Source: Rhizaria sp. SCN 62-66
Lineage: Eukaryota
Direction of reading: 5' to 3'
Assembly (NCBI GenBank): GCA_001724265.1
Contig: MEDY01000301.1
Location: 1-37,986, forward strand
Length of the DNA stretch: 37,986 bases
Under the pieces are notes generated by a model. That model had not been told where the DNA came from and did no database searches. It was given only the letters and a program-made list of their open reading frames with translations. Shown here one piece after another: positions 20,764 through 33,200 of the stretch (positions are counted from its first letter, which is position 1; each line of letters begins with the position of its first letter). The position numbers and the translations under genes are program-made.

Positions 20764-22155
20764 ATGCCCATCGCCGTGGCCGTGCTAGGATACGCGCTCA
20801 GCTTCGTGCTGGGATATGCCGTGCTCGCGCGTGTGAGCGCCAAGCTCCAGCAGCACCAGGCTCGCCAGCAGCAGCTCGCTCTGCAGCTCGCACAAGAGCA
20901 GCAGCTAGAGCAGCAGCAAGCGCAAGAACAGCAGCAGCAGCAGCAACAGCAGACAACGCGGCGCCGCGGCAAAGGCTCCGCTCGCTCTCCAGCCAGTGCA
21001 CCTGCTGCTGCAACTCAGGCACAGGCTCAGGTACAGCGACAGCTACAGCTGCAGCTGCAGCCGCAGTCGCTGTTTGCCCGCTTGGTGACGCTGCTCGCCG
21101 ACGCGCTCTCTCTGCTGGCGCCGCCGCCGCCGCCGCCGCCCGTGGTCCCAGTCCCTGTCCCAGTCCCTGCCCTTCCGGTCACTGCGCCGGTCACTGCGCC
21201 TGCGGCGGCGGCGACTGCTGGGAGCTCCCAGTTGCAGTCGCCGTCGCAGCCTGAGGCTAACCCCGAGGCTAAGCTCGAGGCTAAGCCCGAGGCTCCGGCT
21301 CCGGCTAACGAGCCTGATGCTAAGTTTGAGCCAGAGCCCGAGTCAAGGCCGGAGCCTGAGTCAAAGGCTGAGCATAATGCGCCCAAGTCTTCAGCAGAGC
21401 CCAAGACTGATGCTGATGCTGAGGCTAAGGCTGACGCTAGGCCTAAGCCCCAACCCCAACCCGAGGCCCATGAGGCTGCTGAGCCCAAGTCATCTGAGAC
21501 TCAGTCGAGCACTGCCCCCTCTGTTGCTGCGATATCTGTTGCCAGCAACAACAGCAACGGCGGCAGCGACACCGGCCTCCCTGTCGCCGCTGACCCTGCC
21601 GCCGCGCCCGCTCCTGCGGCTGCCGATGCGTCCTCCAGCCCGGCTCCGTTTCTCGGCCCGGCCCCGTTTGTCGGCCCGGCCGCGCCCCCCTCAGGTCCCG
21701 GCTCGCTGCCGCTGTCACTGCAGTCCGCCGCCGCCGCCGCGGGGCTCGGCGCGCTCTTGCTGGCCTCCGAGCTGGACCTCTCCTCGGCCTCGGGCTCTGG
21801 CTCCGCGTGCGACTTCGCGGCCGACTCGCCCGTGATCCCCGCTCACGCCGACGCCGACGCCGACACTGCCGCCGACGCCGTTGCCGTTGCGGGTGCCTCC
21901 GTCGCGCTCGCCAACAGCGCTGCGGCCACTGAGACGGTCGCCGTGGCCGCGATCGGCGCCGCAAGCGCCGCCGTAACCACCAGTACGCGTGACGGTGCAC
22001 GTGACGGTACACATGAGGACAAGCCGCTGCAGCTGCACCTCTCGCCGTCACAGTACCAGCAGCATTTGCAGCAACAGCAGCTCGAGCAGCAGAGCAGACC
22101 CGCCGCTCCCAGTCACCAAAGCATTCGCACAGCAAGCGCAAGCACGGTCTCTAGC

Positions 22156-22196
<41 letters not shown>

Positions 22197-23776
22197 TAGT
22201 TCTAGCGCTAGCACCGGCACGGGCAGCGCCCGTGGCAGCTTCAGCGGCAGCGGCGGCAGCGGGCCGCCCAGGACCCCCACCTTCAAGCCCAATGGCAACG
22301 GCAGCGCCGGCTTTGGCAGCAGCACAAACATCAACATCAACTGCACCAGCAGCAGTGCTAGCGCGGTGGCCGCTGGCCCGATGGCTGCGCTGCGCCCGCG
22401 TATGACCCCGGCCTCCACGCCGACAGCGGCCTCGCTCGCCGCTGCGGCGGCCGCGGTGGCGGCGGCGGCGGGCTTCGGCGGCAGCGGCCCCGCCAACACT
22501 TACTGCGGCAGCGGCAACAGCTACAACAACAACGCCGGTCTCAGCAGCAGCGCGCACAGCCGCAGCGGGAGCGCGAGCGCCGCCGTCGGCGGCGCCGGCG
22601 GCGGCGCCGGCGGCATGGCCGTCGGGACTCTGAGCCGCAGCGGCAGCGTCGCCGTTGGAGGCCGCTCCCGCAACGTGGCGCAGATTCTGGACCCGGAGTC
22701 GTACGACAACATCGTCAACAACGTGGGCGCCGCCTGGGCGGACGAGTTGGCGCCGTTCAGGCTCGCCTACGACCCGTCGCCGCCCGCCGCCGCCGCCATC
22801 GCCGTCGCTGGCGCCGCCGCTAATAGCGCGGCCCACCAGCACTTGCAGCACGGCCACGGCCACGGCCACGGCCACGGCGGCGGCGTCAATAGCGACTCGC
22901 CGGGCCAGTCCCACCACAGGGCCAACAGCGGCAGCGGCAGCGCCAGCGGCAGCTTCGGCCCCCACAACAGCTCACACGTCCGCGGCGGCAGCGACGCCAG
23001 TCCTGCCTACGGCTTCGGCTACGGCTACACCTCCGGCAGCGCGGTGCGCGGGCGCGGACGCAGCCACAAGCCGTCTCAGGGCAGCAGCGGCGGCAGCGAC
23101 GCGGGCAGCGTCACCCGCGGTAGCGGCAGCGTGCACGGCAGCGGCAGCGGCAGCGGCGGCGGCGGTGGCGGTCACAGGGCCGGCAGACACGCCGCCGACA
23201 GCGGAAGCCGCGGCCGCAGCAGCACCGCGGCCGCCGAGAGCGTGCGCGCAGCAGCCAGCATGAGCTTCCGCGCGGCAATCACGGCGGCGGCCGCGGCGGC
23301 GACGGCGGCGGCGGCGGGCGCGGTCGCCTTCAGCCATAACCACGCGGGGCTCGGCGCCGGCGGCGGCAGCAGCAGCGCCAACAGGATCGGCCGCGCCTTT
23401 GCGTCCGCGCGCGCCGCCGCCGCCGCCGCGCCGGCCGACGCCGCGGGCATGGGCGCCCCGAACGGGAGCTCGAATGCGCGCGGCAGCAGAAGCACCAGCA
23501 GCAGCGGCAGCGGCAGCGGCAGCGGCGGCAGCGGCAGGACGAGCGCCGGCGTCCGCAACGCATTCGCCGCCAATCGCGCGAACATCAACAACAACAGTAA
23601 CAACGAGTCGTGCATGTTGGACGGCGGCTACTCCAGCCGTTCTTCGAGCCCCATCGACGCGCTGTCGCCGTTCCAGCTGGCGCACACGCCCATCACGGCG
23701 GGGGCTGGGCTAAGTACCGGGCTAAGTACCCCCTTAGCCGGCCCCAGCGCCCGCGCCGCCGCCCGCAGCACCTCTG

Positions 23777-23807
<31 letters not shown>

Positions 23808-26800
23808 CTTTGGCTCTGGCGCGAGCGCGGTCGGCCCCCGCGGCAGCGTCAGCGCCAGCGCCAGCGCCCGCGCCCGCGCCCGCGGCAGCGTCTCCGCGGC
23901 CAACAGCGCTGCCGCACCTCGCAGCGACAGCGAGGCCGCCGCGGCCACACCCGCGGGGCCGGGGCTGGCGCTGGCGCTGGCGCACGTGGAGCGGCAAGTG
24001 CACGGCCCCCCCGGGCTGCGGCTGGGGCTTGGCGCGGCGCCGCTGCGGCCCCGGCTGAGCGGCGGGCTCAAGCGCGGCAAGAGCATTGCCAACAACATGA
24101 ACGGGTACGCAACAGGCACTGCGAACGCCAACGCAAAGACTCACTCGAGTTCTGGCTCCGGCTCTGTGTCGGGCTCTGTGTCGGGCTCCGGCAGCGGGCT
24201 GGAGGCCAGCGACGGTAACGCCAGCGGCGGCGCCGGACTGAACCCGCGGCGCGCGCGCATTCGCCCCGGGGACGCGGCCATCGCCGCCGCGGCCACGGCG
24301 GGCGCGTCCGCCATCGTCGCTGCCGCCGCTGCCTGTGGCGCTGCGACCGCCGCCTGTGACGCCGCCGTCGCCGACGCCGTCGCTCGTGCGAGCGCAGACG
24401 CGACGAGTGGTGGCGCGGACGCCTTAGAGAGTGAAAGCCTCAAGACTAGCGGCACCGCTGCTGTTGACTCCAGGGATCTTGACTCCGCTCAGGATACCGA
24501 GCCTGCCCACGGCCACGCTGCCCACGGCCACCCTGCCCACGGCCACCCGCACCCGCCGATGGTGACCCTCCACGGCGGCGACAGACCGGGCCCTGCCCAC
24601 GGCCACCTGGCCCCGGGCCTCAGCCACAGCGGCGGCCACGCGGCCTACCGGGGGCGCGCGCACGCCCGCGGCGGCTACACTAACGCGCACGCGCACGCGC
24701 ACGCACTCGCACAGGGTCATGGCCGCGGGGCGGGGACTGCGCACTCGTTGTCGTCCTCGCAGTCGCAGTCCCGCTCGCGGTCGCGCTCACGGTCCCGCTC
24801 GCGGTCGCGCTCGCGCGGCCGGGCCACAGACGCGCCGCTCACGACCGACGGGCTTGCTGCGGGCTCGGGCGCCTGGGACAGTCTCGCCAGCCTGGCCCGC
24901 GGCGGCCCCGCGGACGACACGGACGCCGACACCGTTGCCACGAACGCAACCAACCACACGAGTAGCAGCAGCAAAGACGCTGCGGGCGCGTTGCTGTACA
25001 GCCCGCGCAGCGACTCCCTCGCCGGCGCCTTCGGTCCGGGCCCCGTCTCGGTCTCCGGCACTGACAACAGCAACAGCATCAGCAACAGCAACAACAGTAA
25101 CGGCGTCAACAGCATCAACAGCGTTAGTAACAGTAGTGCGAGCACTGCCGGCAGCACCGGGCTCGGCCCGAGCGCTCTCGGCCCGAGCGCTCTCGGCCCC
25201 AGCGCTCTGGGCCGCACCGCAAGCGGCCGCATGGCCGGCACGCTCACCGGCGTCGGCGCTGGCGCTGGCGCGGTGAGTGGAAGGACGCCACGGCACAGCA
25301 TCGCTGGCTCCAGCGACGTTTACGTCGGGCTGGGGGGCCCTCTCCCCGCAGCCCCCGGGCTCCCGGGGCAGCACACCGTCGACGTCAGCCACCTGTTCCG
25401 CGCCAACTCGAGCGACGCGGCCGCCGCGGGCGCCGAGGGCGCCGAGGACGCCGCTGCGACTGGGACGCCCGCGCTGACGCCGACGCCGACGCTGGGGCCA
25501 TATGCGACCCCGCGCCTGTTGCCGCTGGCGCAGGCGCAGGCGCAGGCGCAGGCGCAGGCGCAGGCGCAGGCGCAGGCGCAGGCACAGCAGCTGCTGCAGC
25601 ACCAGCAGCAGATGCACCAGTTCGTGTCGGCCGCCATCCACGGGCCCGCGGGTTCGTATCGCACGGACGGCGCGCTGCTGCAGCGCCAGCAGAAGGGTGC
25701 GCACCTCTTCTACTCTCAGCAGCAGCAACAACAGCAGCAGCAGTCAGCTCCGCAGGCTCCGCTTGCAGCCACGGCCATCACTGGTGTGGTAACCGGCACA
25801 GTCCGCGGCCCGCCGACCGCGACGCCCGCGAGCAGCGTCCGCACCTTCGGCAGCAGCAGCAGCAGCGGCGGCAGCAGCGGCGGCGTCAGCGGCGGCGGCC
25901 TCGCTCACGGGAGCATTCGCACCCCTCCGGCGCAGTCGCCGGACCTCACCGCAGTTTCCGCCGCCAGCAGCGCCGCGACCAATATCAATAACAGCGGCGG
26001 CCACACGAACCCCAAGACGCACGCCGGAGCGAACACAGTCGTCAACTTGGCCAGCAGTAGAGTCTTCAGCGGCTCCAACGGCGACTTGGCGGGCACGTTC
26101 GGCGACGGATACACCGGCGACGGCGACGACGGCGACGACTTCGTGCAGCACCACCCGCTCCTGGCGCACCCGGCTTCGCTGTCCCCCGCCACGGCCTTCC
26201 GCCCGCCGCTGCCCGCGCGCTCGCGGCCGCCCTCGCTGCCCGCCTCCGCCTCAGGCTCTCCGCGGCCCAGCGCGCGCGCTTCCCCGCGCCTCTCCCCGCG
26301 CCTCTCCCCGCGCCTGTCGCCGCGACCGTCGCCGCGGCCGTCGCCGCGGCCCAGCGCGCGCGCGTCGTCTCCGGGCCCGTCGCTGCACTCGCACCACCAG
26401 TCGCCGCATCAGTCGCCCCAGGCCTCGCCCCGCGCCTACGGCGCCCACGGCGCCCACAGCGGAGGCTTCGGGGGCCCCGGGAGCCACGCGGACCACGCGT
26501 CGCCGCGTCTGCGGCTGCGACCGTCGTCGGCGTCGCGCCTGGGGCTGCCGGGCGCGGTCCGCGTCTCGCCCATGCCCGCAAACGCCATCGCCACAGGGAG
26601 TCATGCGCCGCTTTTGCCGAGCACCGCCGTCGAGGCCGCTGCTGGGAACGGCGACGACTCGACTGCTGCTGCTGCTGCTGCTGGGACTGGTGACGCCACC
26701 GCTGCGCCGCCACCGCCACCGCTGCAGTCGCAGTCGCTGGTGCCGCTGACTGAGACCGAGACCGAGGTCGAGGACTCCGCGTTCGCACAGCAGCAGCAGC

Positions 26801-27242
26801 AGCAGCAGCAGCTGGTGCAGCCGCCCAGCTCAGAGTCTCTGCTGGACCAAACCTTCGACGCTGCTGCCGACGGCGGCGGCGATGACGGCCAGGCTCAGCA
26901 GCGGCCGCCGTCGCCGCGGACGGTGCAGCGACGGCAGCTCAAGGGCACCCCGTTCCCCTTTGCCGCCGAGGCCGGCGGGGGCAGCGATCTGACGCAGGCG
27001 CAGGCGCAGGCGCAGACTCGCGCACAGACGCAGGCCTACGCACTGCTGCTGCACAGCCTGCGCATCCGCGGCGCGCTCGCCGCCGCTGCCGCCGCCGCCG
27101 CTGCCGCCGCCGCCGTGGCCGCCGCCGCCGCCGCGCGCAGTGACGCCGGCTACAGCCACGGCCACGGCCAAGGCAGCGGCAGCAGCAGCAGCGGCCGCCG
27201 CCACCGCCACCGCTACGGCACCGACTCCGTCGCCGTCCCAGT

Positions 27243-27298
<56 letters not shown>

Positions 27299-30200
27299 AA
27301 GTCGACAGCACGGGCTCGCAGACCGGCTCGCAGACCGGCGGGTCGCGCCGCACGCGAACCGGTACGAGCACGGGGACGGGCGCGGGCAGCGGCAGCGGCA
27401 GCGGCAGCGGCAGCGAGCGCGGCGGCTCGCGGTCCTCGTCGCGCGCAGGCACTCTGGACTCCCGCACTGGCACGCCCGCGAGCACCTTCAGGCGCGGCCC
27501 GCAGCGAGAGCTTGAGCAGCAACAGCAGCTGGACACGCCGGCGTCGCAGGCGGACTCGCAGCAGACCCCCGAGCAGCTGCAGCGCGCGCTGCAGCAGTCG
27601 GTGTTCCAGCCCTCGCAGCCCCCGCAGCAGACCTCCGACGCCGCGGTCGACTCGCCCCGCGTCGCGTTCGCGCGCTACGATGCTATCAGCGGTAGCACCA
27701 GCAGCAGCAGCGGCGGCGGCGCCGGCGCCCTGGGTCTGGCCCGGATCGCTAGCACCAGCAGCACCAGCAGCTCGAGCAGCAGCGGCGCTGGCGCCGCCGG
27801 CTCCGTCGGCAGCAGTGCGCTCCGCACCAGCGCCAGCGCCAGCGCCGCCACCAGGGGCGCGCGCGCGGCCTGGGCCGACCAGCTCTCGCAGCTGCAGCTG
27901 CTGCAGCTGCAACAGCAGTACCAGCAGCACGCGCAGTCGCAGGCGCCGTCGCAGCTGCTGCAGTTTCAGTCGCAGTTGCAGCCGCCGCTAGACTCCGACA
28001 GCGGCCTCACGTCTTCCGCCGGCAGCTCCGGCGCCGGCAATGCTGGGGCGACGCTGTTCTACACTCCCCCGCCCTCGGCCGCTGCGTACGCCGCCGCCGC
28101 CGCCGCTGCCGCTGCCGCTGCCGCCGCGAACCCGAACCAGAGCCAGGGTCAAAGCCAGAGTCAGAGTCAGCAGCACACCGCCGCGGCCGGCGCGAGCGCC
28201 CACCGCTTGCAGTCGTACCCGTCGACTGGCTCCACTTCCTCCCAGACGTCGCCGGCGCAGCCGCCGCCGGCGCAGTCGCCGCTGGCGCCCCATAGCAGCC
28301 TCACCGGTCTGGCCGCAGCCGGCCCCACCGGCTCTGGCGCCGCTGGCGGCGGCTACGGGCTCGGTCTGCAGCGCGGCCTTGCCTCCGGCGCTGTCGCCGT
28401 CGTCGGCGGCCCCGGCCTCGGCGCTGCCCCGTGCGGCCTCACTGGCGTTGCCACGGGCGGCGGCCTCGCTAGCGCCGGGCTGAGCGCCGGCGTGGGCGTG
28501 CCTGCGGGTGCGGGGACGTCGCCGCCGCTGCGCCTGCGGTCTGTGTCCCCGCCCTCGACCGCCGCGCTCATCTCGGCCATGGGCGCGGCGGCCGCGGCGG
28601 GTGCGTTTAGATCCCCCAACGTGCAAGCGCCCGGCGGCAGCCTCGCGGTTGGCGCGGTGGCTATGTCTGTGCCCGGCGCGCCGCGGTCGCAGCCGGGCAG
28701 CTCGCGCACCAGCAACAGCTCGGCAGTCAACAGCATCAACATCAACAGCATCAGCAACAACAACGCACCTGCTGCGACTGAGCACGAGCGTCAGAGCGCC
28801 GCAGCCGCAGCCGCCGCCGCAGCCGCCGCCGCCGCCGCCGCGGAGACCGCGTCGCCGCTGCCGCTACCGTGGCTGCCGCCGTCGCCGTACCCGACGTTCG
28901 CGCCGCTGCTCTTCCCGCACCTGCGGCGAGTGCCCCTAGCGGCGCGCCTCAACGCCGCGCGCCAGTCGTCGCTGGGCTCGTCCTCGTCGCTGCTGGCGGC
29001 CTTTGTGCTGTCGGCACAGCGCGACGTCGTCACGCGCGCCTTTGTCCCGCTGCCGTTTCACACGCTCGCCGCGGCGGACCCCAACGCGCCGCTGCCGCCC
29101 ATGCCCGCGGCGGTGCCCGCTGCCGTCGCCACTACCGCGGGCTTCGCGTCCACGCTCTACGGCAACCACGGCTACGGCGGCTACACCAACTGCGGCGGCG
29201 GCGTGAACATGCCCAGCGGAGGATATGGCAACGGCCACAGCGGCTCTGCGCCGAACGTCCCCGGCGTCGGCAACGCGCAGTGCGACGGCACGTACATGCT
29301 TGACGCCTCGCTGTTGCCGCATGTTTCGTCCCCCGCGGCCTCCGTGGCGGCCGCTGCCGCGGCGCACGCCGCCGCCGCGCTGGCCGCCCCCGCTCCGCCC
29401 CACCACGGCGGCCACAGCGGCCACGGCGGCCACGCGCTCGGCGACGCGTTCGTGAGCGTGCCGATCTTGTCAGCGCCGGCGGGGTCCGCGCTGCACGCGC
29501 TGCCGCGGCCGCTATGGGGAACTATGGGCCGTTCGAGCAACCCGGCGCACGCGCCCGCGCCCGCGCTCATCGCGCCCCCACTGCCGCTGCAGTACGCGCT
29601 GCTCGCCACGCAGGCGGCCGCGCTGCTGCGTTCGCTGCCGCTCACGCCCGAGACGCCGCCGCTGACATCGGCCAACGACGTCTTCGGCGTCGTCACGACC
29701 GCGACCGAGGCCGGCGCCGTCGTGACTGTGGGCGCGCCAGGCGCCAACACTGCCTGCGGCGGGGCCGCGGGCGGCGGGGCCGCGGGCGGCGTGGCCGGCG
29801 GGAGCAGGACTGTGAGCGCGCTCTCGATCGTGCCGCTGCTGCATCCGTGCGTGGGCGGCGTCGACGCCGTGGCCGCGGCGGTCGACGCAGTGCTCGCGGC
29901 CACCGACGCCGCAGACGCTGCCGCAGCCGCCGCCGCCGCCGCCGCGGCCGCCAACGCCCACTCCGGCCTCGCGCTGGCCCCGGGCCACGGCACCGCGGGC
30001 GCGGAGCTGGCCGCGGCGACGGCGGCTGCGCACGGCCACGTGGCGCAGGCGGCGCAGGCGCGGGCCGCGGCTGTGGCCGGCGCGGCTGCGGCCGCTGCGC
30101 TCGTGTCGCCCACCAGCAACATGCACGTGTCCCAGCAGCTGCAACAGCAGCAGCTGCAGCAACAGCAGCAGCTGCGGCAGCGGATGCCGACGACGGCGAC

Positions 30201-33200
30201 CGGGACCGCGCCTTCGAGCGCGGCCGGCGCCGCCACCGTGGACAGGCTGGCACGAGTGGTGGGCGCCGGCAATCTGCACCCGCAGCAGCGTCTGCAGCAG
30301 CAGCAGCAGCAGCAGCTCCGCATGGCCTCGCCCGCGCCCGGCGGCGCTGTGGCTGCGACCCCGGTCGGCGAGGGCGCCGCCACCACGCGGTCCGGCATCC
30401 TGCGCACCTACACTGCATCCGCGCGCCTTACATCACCACCGCAGACACAGACACAGACACAGACACTGTTGCAGCCGCAGTTGCAGTCGCCGTTGCAGTC
30501 GCAGCAAGCGAGTGGCAGTGCCACAGCGCAGCCAGTCGCTAATCCCGCTGGCGCTGGCGATGATGCGAGCGAACAAGAGCAGCCGCAGGAGCAGCCCCGC
30601 GAGGCGCCGACGCAGTCGCTGCCGCCGACGGCGCGGCCGCTGCGCTCCCGGCATTCGCGCTCGCTGTCACTGCTCGCGCTGGATCTTGCGCCCGCCGCGG
30701 CCGTCTCGGCCTCGGGCTTCCTCGGCAGCGCCAGCGTTGGCGCCAGCGTCGGCGCGGTCGTCGACGCGCTGATGCCAGGCGCGCCCACTGCGCAGAGCCG
30801 CCGCGCCGCGCTCGACGCGCTTGCGACGGACTCGGCGACGCAGCCACTGCCACTGCCACTGCAGCAGCAGCAGCAGGTGCAGTCGCCGACTCAGGCGTCT
30901 TCCGCCGCTGCCGCCGCTGCCGCCGCTGCTGCTGCTGCTACTGCTGCTGTTGCTGCTGTTACTCCAGCGACGGTCGCAGAGGATGTCAGCGCCGCGAGCC
31001 CTGCGGCCAAGACGAACCGCAACTTTATCTGCGACGGCCTCACCGTATTGGTGGGCCCGACGCCCCCTGCGGCCTCCGCATCGCCCACTCGGCAACATCA
31101 GCACGACGACGACGAGAGCGTCATCAGCCTGCAAACGCCTGCTGCTGTCGCCGCGGCTGCAGAGGCTGCTGCTGCTGCTACTGCTGCTGCTGCGGAGAGC
31201 TCGGGCAGCATCATCACGCCCGCGAGCGCGACCGACACCGACGACGGCCGTGACACCCTCTCCCCCAAGTGGCCCACTGCGGCGCCGCACGGGGCCCACG
31301 CCTTGCAGCACGCCTCGCAGCGCGGCCCGCTGGACTACAGCGACGGGGAAAGCGACTCCAAGTCCGTCTCCGAGGCCGACTCCCGCCGCACCAGCGGCAG
31401 CGCGGCCGACGCCAGCCGCGTCGCGGCCGGCCTGCTCTCAGCAACGGCCACTGGCACGGGCACGGGCACGGCCTCGGGTGCGCCGAGTGCCGGTGTACAG
31501 AGCGCTTCGGCGCTGCTGGGCGCGGGCGTGGCGCCCGTTGTAGTTCAGCCGTATATCACCGCCTCCGCCGTCGTCGCCGCCGCCGCTGTTGCTGCCGCCT
31601 CATGCTCCGGCTCTGGCTCCGGCTCCGGCCTAGGCTCGGGCACGTCCAGCGCGTCCCACTCACGGCGCGCGACCGGGCTGCTGCACGTGGCCGGGCCGCT
31701 CCACGCAACGGCGCTGGCGCTGACCCACAGCGGCCACCGCACGGGCGTGGCCGCCGCGTCGGCGGGGTCGCTGTCGACGCCGTCGCTGACGCGGCGCCTG
31801 TCGAGCGGACTCTCGCCCACGCCCACGCCGTCGCACCCGCCGTCGTTGGCGCTGGCGCGGGCCCCCGTGGCCAGCGCCGTGCCGCCCTCGGCGCTCGACT
31901 CGCAGGCCAACTCGCCGTTGACGTCGCCGGCGCCCTCGCCCGTCCGCAGCTCTGGCACCAAGACGTACTTCCAGCCGTCTCCGTCTCAGCTGCAGGCGCA
32001 GGCGCAGGTGGACCTGCCCGTGCCGTCACTGCCTCCCGGCGCGCCGCTGCCCGGCGCCGCGCTCCCGGCCTCTGGTCAGAGCACCGGCCGGGATCCGCTG
32101 TGCGACACGCTGTCGAGCCCTGGCGAGTCCACCGCGGTCCTCGTCGTCGGCGAGGACGGCGCGTGCGCCGCTGCCGCTGCCGCTCCTGCCACGGCCGAGG
32201 CTGAGGCTAAGGCTGACACCGAGGCGGACGTTGAGACGAAGGTTGTGTCGCCCGGCTCGACTGGGACGCCGAAGGATACGACTGTGAAGTCAGCCAAGTC
32301 CAAGTCTAGTGCCAAGAATGGCGCCGCTGCGAACCTGCCCTCTCTGCCAGTGCCGTCTGTTGCCGTCGCCGCCGCCTCCGCCGCGGAGCCCGCGGTCGCC
32401 CTTGCTGCACTGACGGTCTCCACCTCGGCGGCCGCCCACGCCCACGGCAACGGCGGCGGCGCAACTTTCATCACCGCTGCGCACGACGACAAGACGGCCG
32501 CGACGGACGACTCCAAGGACAAAGACAAAGAGAATAGGAAGGACAAAGATCCCCTCTCGTCGCTGGGCAGCGTGCTGCAGTCGCCCGAGGTGGCCGCTGT
32601 GACCGCGGTCGACGCCGTCGCTGCTGCAGCCACCGTGGCCGCCGCCGCCGCCGCCGTGACGGCCGCCGTGGCCCCCGCAGCCGCCGCTGCCGCGTCCGCG
32701 TCGTCGACGGCCCTGGTGGCGCTGCCACCGGCGGTGCCGTTGGACGTCGACGCGCTGCTCTTCGCCGCCGCCACGAGCATCGACTTCGACGCCTTCCAGT
32801 TTCACGTCGCGTGCTTCGGAGCCCCGCTGACGGTGCTGTCGTTGCACCTGCTGCGCGTCCACGGCTTCCTCGCGCCCGCAGACGCCTACGCGCGCGCGCA
32901 GGCCGACGCCGCGGCGCGCGCCCAGGGCGGCGCGGCGCGCGTGCGCGGACCTGCCGACCAGGCCGTCGCCGCGGCCATGGCGGCCGGCTTCGGCGGCGGT
33001 TATGGACAGGGCGCGGCCGCGCAGTGGCTTGGGCTCACCGTCGCCGACAGCCGCGGCCACCACCATGGCCACCACGGCTACGGCCACGGCTACGGCCACG
33101 GCTACGGCCACGGCTACGGCCTCGGGTACGGCCGGCTGACCGACCGGTCTGGCGGCACGGGCGTGGGCGCTGGGGGTGTGGCCGACTTCGGCACTGCGCA

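Noticed and set aside
20202-21254. 350-aa ORF overlapping the PDE start
   Set aside because: A chimera of pyrimidine/C-rich leader sequence and an alternative frame of the PDE, with no protein-like features.
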